Assembly (NCBI RefSeq): GCF_964204645.1
Contig: NC_134028.1
Span: 5,580,001 to 5,644,000 of the forward strand
Length of the DNA stretch: 64,000 nucleotides
DNA from: Tubulanus polymorphus
Lineage: Eukaryota > Animalia > Nemertea
Direction of reading: 5' to 3'
This document shows, piece by piece, positions 1 through 11,779 of the stretch. The first letter of the stretch is position 1; the number at the start of each line of letters is the position of its first letter. The notes beneath the pieces are model-generated. The model searched no databases, was not told the DNA's origin, and saw nothing but the letters and a program-made list of their open reading frames with translations. The translations under genes were made by a program, and so were the position numbers.

Positions 1-3000
1 TTTATGAAAAAAACCCACAATATTGACGAAATAATAAACTAAAAATCTGTTATCTTGACGTTTCAGAAAAAGTCAGGAAAACAGACTTTATAGATTATAG
101 TAATTATTTGGTCAATACTGCGGTTTTTAGGTACAAACAAACTTGCCGACTGATATTTGGCTTAATGAGATCATGGAAATGGATTAGTATTCACTACTCG
201 CCTCTCGAAAAACGCGACTGGAAATTGATTGACAATAATTATGTTGGGGTAACCGTAGATCGGGAGAGGTCAGCGGCGCTGTTGATGACGTCACCTATTT
301 CGCAAAACGAGATACTTGTTTTGATACACTACTTCGATCTTTTTGCTTCCATTTGAATTTTTCCGCTTTCACCAACGATGAGGGAATATGAGAATTTACT
401 TCAGATAGATCTTTATAGAAAATTCAAATTTGTTAAAATCCATCTTCGGCTTCGGCAGTGGGTAGAATCTGCATTGAAATGAGGGCTAAAAGCTGTCAGC
501 ATTTCGATCAAAACTGAAAGAAATTAGCAAAATAGCATAATTCAAACCTTAAAAGCGCAACGTATTAGCGACGTTTATCATAAATGATGGAGTAAGAAAT
601 CTTGTGTGACTAACAAAACCGTACATCAATTCTGTCAAAACGAAAAGTAACTTTTCATCTGTATATGTATGTGTACAGCAGAACAGTTTCATCGAGGAAT
701 TTTATATGCCCATTCCTATATGATTAGTTTGCGATTACAGAATTTAAATAAAAAATCTTTTCTAATTTTTTGCGTGGTTCTGCGGGTGCACATAAGTCAA
801 TGAGTTGTAACCAACAAGCGGGATACATACGGGACATTAAAACAATGCGATTCTGCAAAATTCGAATCGATATTTCCGAGTTAAGACGATCCTTAAACCG
901 TTAACGTTAAATCATGAACTCTAAAAAAACGACGCGATGAAATCGAACACTACACCGGCAACTATTACCTTTTATTTGCGAATCTAATAGACTGCGGGGA
1001 ATTCGCCACCGTTGTAAGCGGGGGAGCCGTTAACAGTGATATCCACTCGTTAGAACCATTTATAAAAGCCACGTCGGAAAATATAGAGCATAATTTGAAT
1101 GTGACGAACGATGCTTGTTTTGATTTTACACGTCTGGTTTAGAACTGATTGCATTTACCGTCGAGCGCTATGCGTATCACGTGTTCGGGTTCAAATCGCA
1201 CGCTGAAAAATTTATCAAAATAAATTCTGGAGCCGCGTTTTCACGAGAGACACAGAGAGAGGAGACACGACATTTAACAACAACCTGTGATAAATCAGAA
1301 TTTATGCGAATAAAATCACTCGGCCCTTCGAATACGTCACTTAAGCACGTTTTCATTTTGTAATGAAAACTGACGAAGACTGATTCGAATTGATAACTGA
1401 ATATTATTAATGTTGCCTTTTATTTTATATATTTTCAGAATCATAACTGCTTTAATGGTTTTAGAATTAGTTCTCTTCACGTCCACATACGCCGCTTCAA
1501 GTGAGTTATCTTTCACTTTTGTCCGTTTCCATTTCAGCGCGCGCCGATGTGTGAAAATCATATGCCGCTTATTTATCACCGAACTATAAACGAAATGAAG
1601 CAAGTCGTTTCAAATCTGAATGAAAGTAAAGTCGATATCTCCCTTACATTTTCTTGCAAAACTGGTGTCCGAAATGCTAAAAGGTGAACGACGCGATGAA
1701 CTTGTGTTAATATGTAGACATTTTGGGTCACAAAATGAGACAATGCACGATAGGTGTACGATGAAATCATTGTCGTTTAGCATTTTTTATAGAAACCACT
1801 CACTATCTTTTTTTAGATGCGCGTCCTAAGCGGAATACAAATAAGTCGCGTGGATTAGTCATTCTTTTATTCGAATAGTAGCTTCCTAAAGATACAGAGT
1901 TGCGGTAGTTTATTAAACAAGGACCAGAAAGCATTATCTGAGTTTTCAATGTCGTTACTATTTTGATCTCGACTGTGCACTTTTCTCCTCAATATCGCGC
2001 GGGCTGTTAAGTGAACAGCTTTGCATTCTTACGGTGTCACTGAACACTCGAAACTCTGCAAGAACCGTCCGAAAATTGACAGCAAACATTTATTCTGTTC
2101 GTGAAACCCATTGCCTCGGCTACAATTAACAGACATCTCTACCTCGGAGATGTTTACTGGAAACTTCTGAAAATGCAATCAGGAAATATTTGCTTTCGCT
2201 AGTCGCAGCAGCGTTGGATTTCGTTTTTTACTACTTCAATATCCCACGAAAACAGAAAAAAGTCTATCATTCCTTCTGCTGCTTCTTTGTATCATTTTTC
2301 CAACGCCGAATTTTTCCGCCTCCAAACTCATCACATTGAACCTTTCGCAAAATTGCCTTCTGCGCGTGGGGTGTTCATGGCTCCATATCGCACAGGGGCG
2401 GACACAAGAGGATGCGCACTCCCTCTAAAATGTCAAGTTGCCCTGAAATTTTAAGGGATGACGAAAAGTATTAACTATAGAATATCAACTGATACTTTAA
2501 AACTTCAGATTCATAAGCTTGTTCTTCCAAAGACTTCCAAAAATGAGGTAACGTTTTCCGATGATCGGATGCCCATTTGATTACTTGATTGTCGGTTAAC
2601 ACTAGGATTTTTAAACACTGTTTCAAAAGGTTTTTTGGCTTTTATTGTACTGTTGACATTTTACGATACTTAAGGAATTGTTTGAATAATAACGATTGAG
2701 ATAGAAAACGAATATCGAGAGGTTGAAATATTCAAAAGAAGACGCGCTTTGACATTAGTTGTCACAACCGAAGTAGCAGAGCGTCGGAAAGTGTACAGCC
2801 CTGGGGCGATTAAATGGTAATGATTTTAGAGATAGAGTATTCGCAGGAAGGATACGCTCGTTCGCATCCACAATCCCCCGCTGCAACCCAACGAATCAGA
2901 ATCAACAATATTATCACTTTGTATATCAGAACTTCGACAGACAAAGGCTTGCTTTGTTGTCTTCGATAAAGTTTCATCGATGCCCGCTGGCTATGTACAT

Positions 3001-5843
3001 ATATCATTTCTTTGAAAACGAAAACCTTTCCCCGAAATACTTTTTAAATCTAATCGAATTCTTATATTAGAAACCGTGCAACACCCATATACCAGCCGCT
3101 AGATAATAAAAACACGTTTATTTAGCTATCTATAATTATGGCGTTTCATATTTGAACTGTAATAAACGGTATTGAAAGGACGAGGCCGTAGGTGGTGTTT
3201 GCCTGTCGGTTAGATTGGTGCCAGTCCGTATCGATCGTTAGTTTCGAAACCTACAGGCTCTCACAACACATATATAATTACTTGGCGATGGCGAATAGAC
3301 AAATATAAATGATTCAGTCATGAATAGACTGAGTGTATCTCAAATCCGGTTCAATATATCAAATCATCGTCTTTTCGTGAAATGATCAGTTCTGGAGGCG
3401 AATTTTCTGTTAATCGAAATTGCTGCGCGCTGTTGCTAAGCAGGGTCAAGTTGTATGGTCTGCAGCCTGGGTGGATGCAGGATTGCTGATAGGGCTGGGT
3501 TCATCCTCCGAGCGAACAGGAACTGCTCGCAGGTTCACCCATCTCACGAGGGGTTCTGTTCAGAAAAGGGGCACAAAGACCAGGTGATAAGTAAAAACCC
3601 ACAGTTTCGGAGTTGGTTTCCCTGGTAGGTTTAATCAAAAACTCCGAAGCTGTCAGAAAATTAATATTTTGTTCACCAACTGTGGGTTTATACTTATTAA
3701 CAATCCGAATCTACCAGTCAAGACAAAACGAGGGTGTATAAGACTCGATGTCTTTTTGGTGATTTGTAACGATTTTATACATTTTCCAGCTGCTTCATTG
3801 AAATAGAAATCAAATAGGAACGATTCCGAAGTGATTTTTATTTTCTCCCCAAATTCTCCATCAACTAGGTCAAAATGACTCTAATGTAGATGATACACGT
3901 AAAAACAACACTTTAATGATATTAGCTGAATTTATTTCATATTTTAATATATAGCAAAAGAAATATACTGAACAAATTATAACGCAAAACACAGTAAATA
4001 GCAATAAGCTTTTATCACTTGGTGTAAGGATGGCTTAAGTAATTTGCACATATTCCAGCGGATTTTTAAGCGGCACTTTTTGAAAGGAAACTTGACCTGA
4101 AATTGGGTTCGAACCAACGGGACCTACCCCTGTACCGCTCCCGAAGTTTAGTGCGTTAATCCGCACTCGAAATCTTTATTTTTCACCAAAATTCAAATGG
4201 TGAAAAATAATTTACACAATTTGGATATTGAATGCAAACAACACTTGTACAGCTGCATCAGTTTGGTGCTTCACCGGTGTTTATCGTATCTACTCCATCT
4301 TTCTCAGATCAATAAAAGAATGTTTTTTTTTAATGTAAGCGGATTCCAATTCCGTCTTTGTCGAACTATTTAGGAATTACATTAATCCCTTTAGTTCATT
4401 TCCTGGGTAAGAAACACAAGCATCATCGTCAAGAGAAGTAGTTGTGTTTCGATCTCGCGTCGGCTCTGTTTCCAAGAAATAGCGATGGAGTTTAAAACGA
4501 TATGAACGTGGATACAGTGCAGAACGATTGATAATTATTCTTTTAATAGGATTCAACACAAACATGTCATCCTGTAACGTGTGGAGCCAGGGGTTTTAAA
4601 TGCATATCTTCAATCCTATACATCGTCCCCCGTGCCGCCTGCCTCCAAATTTGTTCAATGGAGGTGAAGAAATTCACACCAGGGACGCGTATTTCGACAA
4701 CCACGCTCGTCAAGACGAGCAGGAATAAAACTCCAAAATTCAACCAGACGAAAAATCAGCAACTCATCGATACGTCACGCCTTGATACGATATCTAAATA
4801 AAGTACCGACAACGTCGAACCTTGGGGTAATCAGACCGATTACTCCAAGGTAGAACCAGGGAAGTGATGTACCCTGGTTTATCCAACCAGTACGACGGGA
4901 AACGGTAGAAATCCCGCGATACTAAAAGAAAAACAAGTCCGAATGGTCTCCTTGAGCTACAGTTTGTTTCGACGTTCCCAATTTATCCTATACTAATCAT
5001 CTTCGGAGATTGTGGGATTTTGCCGTTATTTCGTTTTAACCACGGACAGAGTGTTTCATCGGGATTAACAACACAACGGGGAACCGATCAAAAAAAAGAT
5101 TAAGAAAAAAATGATAAATCAATTTTTTGAAAAATCTAAACGAGACATTTTAGATATTTTGAAGTAGAATATGTCATTACATTGGAGGATCAGTTAAAAA
5201 GCAAATTATTAATCATAATCCTTATTTGAATTTCATTCTAACAATATATCCATGAATGCATAGTATTGTCGTAGTTACGTCACAGTAGAACTTCAAGAAA
5301 TTCAACACATGCAACAATTCTCATTTACGGTTCCGGTATCGGTGAAAAATAACGATAGTAAAAGATTGTAAAAGAGGAGAAAGAGAGAAAAGCGATGGAG
5401 AAATTGAGAGAAAAGTGTCTAAAAAGTAACAGGAAATAATCTAGATTCGGAAATGCGAATCGGATACGAACTGTCGGCGCTATGACGGAAATAATTCGAG
5501 ATTAAATCATCTCGAATATTGTGAATAATAAAAATGAAATATCATTTCGTGCAATGAAATGAAACTGGGAGAATTCCAGAAATTTGCATGATTACGATCT
5601 TCCTGTCCTGTCTATACATGACGCAAAGATGGTTTCTATTGCGAAAACGTGGAATATCAACTCCGAGAACACGATTCCGTTTTCTCATTCAGGCGGAAGC
5701 GGGTTGTTTTTCATTTCTCGCGAAGAATTTGAAAAACTGTTACCACGTTGGAAATAGTAATCAATGAATGGAGTCAAAATATATCTATCATTGCGGTACT
5801 GCAATCCTTCATCATATACAAACCGAATACATTTAGGCTACTA

Positions 5844-6058
5844 GAAGTCGAATGAAACACTCTAATCCGTGTACACTGTAGATAATCGAAGAAGTCCCAC
5901 AATTCGAATTTTATATGATAAAAATTTATCATTTTGAAACCACAACGTTTCAGCATTCCACCTGATGATGACTGTTAGTCAACAGCCGAAACGTTGTGGT
6001 TTCAAAATGATAAATTTTATCAAATAAAATTCGAATTGCGGGACTTCTTCGATTATAT
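5844..6058. mobile_element. Penelope-like-element-derived insertion with a long inverted repeat and 13-bp target-site duplication
   Basis: Inverted arms at about 5882-5954 and 5985-6056. The direct repeat ATTTAGGCTACTA flanks the insertion at 5831-5843 and 6059-6071. A hammerhead core lies at its centre. Confidence 0.65.
5958..5999 (+). ncRNA. Minimal type I hammerhead ribozyme motif
   Basis: Reads CCAC-CTGATGA-T-GACTGTT-AGTC-AACAGCC-GAAA-C-GTT-GTGG. Both core boxes (CUGAUGA and GAAA) are present, with stem II, stem I (CCAC/GTGG) and a palindromic AACGTT in place of stem III. Confidence 0.65.
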
Positions 6059-6923
6059 ATTTAGGCTACTACTGTTCGCTGCGTCTTTTCGTACCTTGAA
6101 ATCAATTGGGAAAACCAGGGAGGTGGGAGTTCATCACTCCCACCTCCTTGGGAAATCAGAAGATAGATTCAAAAATGGAATCAGTGGATATTATTTAAGT
6201 ACGATGCATGGTTGGTTACTTTTAGGTGTCGAGTGGTCATTGTTAGACCAAGGCTCGGTTTTGATTGCACTGACGGAGTCATTATGATGGACACGGAACT
6301 GGTGGAAGAATTTTAATAACACGCTCGTTGAGTTCCCTCGGGCATATATCTCATAACTCATTATCTGTCACTAGTCATATTAAAGTATGACTAAGATTAA
6401 TGAAACTTGATTGTGCCAATCGGTCTTCTATTGCTGACTGTCCGTGAAACCCGTGTGACGTATGTCACGGCGAGATGTAGTGCGATCGTTGTGAACATGG
6501 AGTACATACGACGTCCATGTTGCAAATGACGCGGAAATTGGTCAAAATCTATTAATTTGTCATCGATAATGGTCGAGTACAGCCTCGAATAGACACTAAT
6601 TCATTAATAGTGTTAATCACATTGTCCACATATTCTACAGATTGTGCAGATACGCTACAATTCGTGTTATATAAATCGGAAAGGTTACTATTTTTGAACG
6701 CCGCGCTCCCTATCTCTCAATTTTCAATGTTGAAAGTTTTGAATGCCACCGACCCGCTCGATCTTGATCAACAAAGTATATGTATCTTAGATTATGAGTT
6801 TGGTCTAGGGGAAACAGAATTACTCTTTGTAGCAATTATAAACGATATTCAAAGAATTTCTGGTTAAAACTAGTTAAAATATTTACATCATTGTTTTAAG
6901 ATGTAAATTTTATATATTTCCAG

Positions 6924-7183
6924 TATCCGCTGACGAAGCCCAGAATGTCGCACACCTAATAGAAAAACGATCTCCACGCGGAAAGCAGATGGGCTTCTGG
7001 AAACGAGCCTGGGAGAACATGAAGGCGATACAGTGCTGCCGAAGCACTTACAAAGCCGAATGTTGCAAAGCGTCGAAGAGGAAAAGAGTTGACGAGGGAA
7101 ATGACTTCTGCGGCGATGTCTGCCGTGATGGGTATAATTCCGAATGTTTAGTTTGCCTGCAACTCGTTTCAGGCGAACAATGA
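6924..7183 (+). CDS. Terminal exon of a secreted Cys-rich prohormone/neuropeptide- or toxin-like precursor (5' exons not located)
   Basis: Acceptor tttccag at 6917-6923. Frame reads SADEAQNVAHLIEKR-SPRGKQMGFW-KR-AWENMKAIQCCRSTYKAECCKAS-KRKR-VDEGNDFCGDVCRDGYNSECLVCLQLVSGEQ*, with three basic cleavage sites and 8 Cys. Confidence 0.65.
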
Positions 7184-7545
7184 ACTGATCGTCGATAAAT
7201 ACTGTATGATATATGACTAATCATATATCGTACATTCACTGTGTACAAAAAGCAGTTGCAAATTGTTATTTTTTCGTATAGGTGATTTTCTCATCCTCTC
7301 GGGACGATGAATTTGATAAAGAAATTATGCTTGAAATATTTCTCTTATGACGATCTTTTTCCTTCGGTTTTGTGAGTATTGTTTCATAATTCATAAAGAA
7401 AGATGTTACGAAATGAAATAAAGATATAGGAGAGGAGACTGCATAACACAGGACACAATAAATGGCGTGGTGTAAAATCTTCTGGGTACAAATAAAACCG
7501 AAAAGCCAGTTGCACATTCAAGGCTTATAGATTTGAAACCAATCC

Positions 7546-7714
7546 CAGGGCCCATTTTGCTTCTAACAACTAGCCAAGCCAACAACTACAAAAACTAGCC
7601 TGCGCTAGGTTTTATAGACTGGCATCATCTTTAACCCATGGGTTAACTCAGTTGAAGATGAATAGAGTTAGGCCCCGGGTTAAAGTTAATAACAGTATAT
7701 AAAACCGGCCCCTG
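7546..7714. mobile_element. MITE-like element with CAGGG...CCCTG termini
   Basis: Imperfect terminal inverted repeats CAGGGCCCATTTT and AAAACCGGCCCCTG. Similar ends occur at 12233-12376 and about 46944-47091. Confidence 0.45.
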
Positions 7715-9181
7715 GAAACTATTTGGGACTGAAGCCAAGGCTGTGCAACTGGGTTCGGGTAGCTGTACCTTCCTTGACTTGTTGATTTAGTAATTGGTAA
7801 CTTTCTAACGACACAGAATAGAAATATGGGTTAATATGTGTGAACTTATCATATCGTATGTATACACGTCAATGTGGACAATTTCAAGACTAAGTTGAAA
7901 AGTTGAAACACAACCCTTATACTCGTGAACATTCTTGAACATTATTCATTTTGTTTGGTGAACCGTATTGATTCTCACGTCTCGTTTATGAAAATGAAAA
8001 TAAAGATAATATTCTTTGTAAAAATCGACGACTCTTCTTGGTTGCTTCTAACGAGGATGACGAATCGCTCTCGAGATGTTACATTTGAAAAGTTTTTCAC
8101 GTAAAAATTATGCACAATTCTCAGAAAATGATAAATTCAATCAGATGAAAACATGAAAAAAAACTTCATTCAGATCACGGAAGAATCTGTGCCAAAGAGA
8201 AAAATATGAGCTGAAAATCTCGTGCGATTTAACCATTTTTGCATTTCTTCAAGAATTTCTTCATGAATTCAAGATAATCCAGAAAGCTGAAAGAAATTGT
8301 GTTTCCGCGATTGTCCATACGACCACAAATTTCCGATTATACAGTGAAGCAGAACCCATTACTATAAGTTCCGACGGACAGAGTGAGTAGTGGATAGACC
8401 TAAAGATTGTAATATCCATTGATAGGAAAAGCGGAGATCGAATTGAATAGAAATCCAGTACAGTAATACTTCTGGTATACGGTTACTTAACGAAATCATT
8501 GCACTTCGTCCGGTTACTATTGTCTTAGATCTGTGTTGAGATTGAAATCGGAAATGGCTACAAATCACTACGATTAATTCTATAGACCTAATTTGCAAGT
8601 TTATCAACTCCTCTATTGCTCATTACCTCATTGAGTGAGTCTATATGATGGATAGACTGGAAACTAGTTTCTCGGGGTAAATTTCCCGAAGGTTAGTATA
8701 TTCAGTTTCTCATTGGGCCAGATATTCAGTGGTCAGTTCCTGGGAGTAGCCATCGCTGCGCCAGTCTCTCAGACGAGTCAGTTACTTATAGTCCTCGTAC
8801 ATTATTAAGTTTACTTGAAAGCCCAATATCCTCGGATGCTCCTAGCTTGTCACTCAGTGTTTGTATTTTTTCTTGGGGAGGGGGTATTATCCATTAACGC
8901 TGAGTTCAATATCACACAAACAAGACCAAGATTTAAATATACAAATATGGTAAGGCCAGAGTCTCTCAAGGGCGAACGCTAAATGCTAAGAATCTTATTT
9001 TCGGGCTGTTAGGAATTAGCATTCTTGTCTTTTCAATGAATCAAGTCAATGAAAATGATTCAATTATTTGATATGCAGGATTTCCATAACGCCAGACTAA
9101 TAAATGAATAAGGATAAGATAAGAAAGATACGCTCAGAATAGATCGATAAATTTCCATTTTAATCAGACATTACAGCAGTT

Positions 9182-10879
9182 TCATGATCTTTGAATTTTC
9201 AATTTTCGTTTTACCGTGCTCAAATATTTAGGAAGGCGGAAAGATGGGAGACGCGGCCAGGTGAGACGCGAACGTTTTTTCTTCTTGTTTCCGGACTTTA
9301 AGTCGTCGACCACCCGTTGTAGATCTACTTTCTCGATCTGCAGCGCAACGACTACTTTTTTCAAGCAGGCCAATTCCTCGGCTATCGCAGATCCTTCCAG
9401 TGTAAGTTGTTTCGCAATATTCGCGTTGTTTTGCTTCGGTATTCTACCCCCTTCTTTAACAGCTACAAACGTATCGGTGTCATTATCAAAAACATTCGCC
9501 TCCGGGAGTCGTATCATGATATTTCTCTGAGCATTCACTCCATTTTCATCGTAACACATACCACCGCCCGACTCTGCGCGCCAGACACTCGGTTCAACAT
9601 CCTGCGTTTGAATCGAGGCGTTTTTCACGCCGACGAATTTCTGCTGTATCTGAATTTCTCGGGTTTTGCTTCGCTTCAGTTGTAATTTCAGATCGTCGAT
9701 CCGTCGTTGCAGTTTTTGCACGACTTTTATCAATCTAACTCTAGTTCTTGTCTGATCATTGATAATGGCGGATATATCCTTCGTCGGGTCTCTATCGTCC
9801 CACATGTTCACTATTTTCTCTACAGTATCAGCGCTTACATTCGACCCCTGCTTCAGTTTCCTGTACACATCTAAGATATTATCAACTTTAGTCTGGTTGT
9901 TTTCTTTCTTGTTGAATTTGGCAGTAGTTTGTAATCTGTTCAGTTCATTTTTTAATGCAGCTATGTTTACGTTCAGTTTGTAAATTTCATCATCTTTCCG
10001 GAACAATAGCTCTTGTAGATTGTGATTATGTCGTCTTAATTCTTTTTCGATATTACGACTCTATACAAAATAATGATAATTTATCAAGCCTGCAATCCAT
10101 ACATGTAATATGTTCGTTATGTAAATATGGATAGACTTCCATTTCACGTATATACATGTATATTGTTGTTACTTAGGGCAAAATGTATCTGAGTTGTAAA
10201 CTTAGATGCTTCTTTTTCACTTTGGAGTTTTGAATTACCGTTTCATATCCACCAAGAACTAACGACGTCTCCAGTTTTTGAAGTCTATCTTCAAGTTGGC
10301 TGACGATCGGGGTTTTCCAAGGCAACGATTCACCACGCGTTCCCTGCGTTACAGAGGTCTCGCTACTGTATCTGTTGAAATGGTCTATTTTCTGGGCCAC
10401 TGACGATGAGACCTCAAAATTTGTATCGTTGTAAGCTGTTGTGGCCGTTGCCTTGTTCAGATTTTTCATTCTTTCTTCGAAAAGCTGTTCAGCTAGTGAC
10501 TTCAACTGATATTAATTCAAAATGTATGTAACCTACTGGCATACACAAACTCTCCCAAATTTGGAAAGGTTTATAATGATCTTGTTGAAGGAAAATGTTG
10601 TTTGAGTGCATACAGCAGAAGGAAGGCCCCTACCTTATCGTTGAATTGTTCTTTTTGGACGGTACAGCAATTTTTCCACCTCGAAGCCTCTGATCTCAGC
10701 TCCGATATCTCATCCTTATATCTGCTCAAACTTGATGACGTATCAAGGTTCGTTTTTAATTGCTGAGCGCTTTTGTTTTGCCAGTGGGCGCTTTTTTGGG
10801 CTTCGAGTTTCAACAACTTCTTCAGCCGCCTAATATCGCCTTGCAAAATACGAATTTCAAATTCATGGTACATCTTCAT
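9182..10879 (-). CDS. Uncharacterised coiled-coil protein, 3 exons (10879-10634, 10505-10239, 10060-9182), about 463 aa
   Basis: Three ORF-track segments join in frame through canonical phase-0 GT-AG introns. The protein is rich in K/E/L/Q heptads. No family recognised. Confidence 0.8.
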
Positions 10880-11779
10880 ATACGGATTGTCTTATGCGTA
10901 GGTACTAGGAAACTGTAACTAGGCAATGGAAAAAGCCGGGTGTCTTTGACAACGGTACGTGATGTAAGCTGAAAATATGAGGTTTCTTTGAAAAAAGAAA
11001 CAATGCTCAGTACGTCACGTAGTCTTCAAACGTAGTTTCGTTTACATTATTCCGCCTTACTGCTTCAAATGAGAGATCCACGACTGTAAGACGAATAACT
11101 TTAGAATGATTCATTTTACATAAATGTCTAAATTGGCCTAATCTACATCGTATTTTTTGCCGTCCAATGCAAATATTTCGGAGATCTACGCAGCATCGTG
11201 ACATGAGAAGGATGACACTCATAGATATAAATTGTTTTTCTGCGTGATTTTCTTCCGCATTACACTCGTTATAACTTGACGAATCGAAAGTTTGGAATTT
11301 ACATAGGAGACAAGTAGAGTTAAAGAGAGTCAGGACCTTCAAAAAAAAATTAAAGCGACAAAATAAGGAAAATATATGTACTACACGTTTTATTTCAATA
11401 TATTACCATAATACATAATCTCTATACACGATCATTACACATTTTTTCATATAAATCATCGTAAATATTTGATCAACATCTAAGCTTTACTGGCTAAATA
11501 AATCGCTCATCAATTTCGGTCAGTTTAATTTCCTATTCATGGCATGTATTAGATGCGCCAGTAACTGTGAAGTATTGCAGCACATGAATCATACATTATA
11601 CAACTCAATAGTAATAAAATAAACTTCCATACAATTTTGCAATATATATTTACATAAATTTGCCTCAATACATTATCTCTCCATTTTCGCAAAAATTGTT
11701 TATACATTGTACACGCGTTCATCGCGCCTGGCTTTACAAACTCTGATCTGATACTGTACATCATAATTTCATAGCCTGG

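Noticed and set aside
108-3007. Short ORFs in the first 3 kb
   Set aside because: No domain similarity or coherent splice pattern; consistent with random ORFs in AT-rich DNA.
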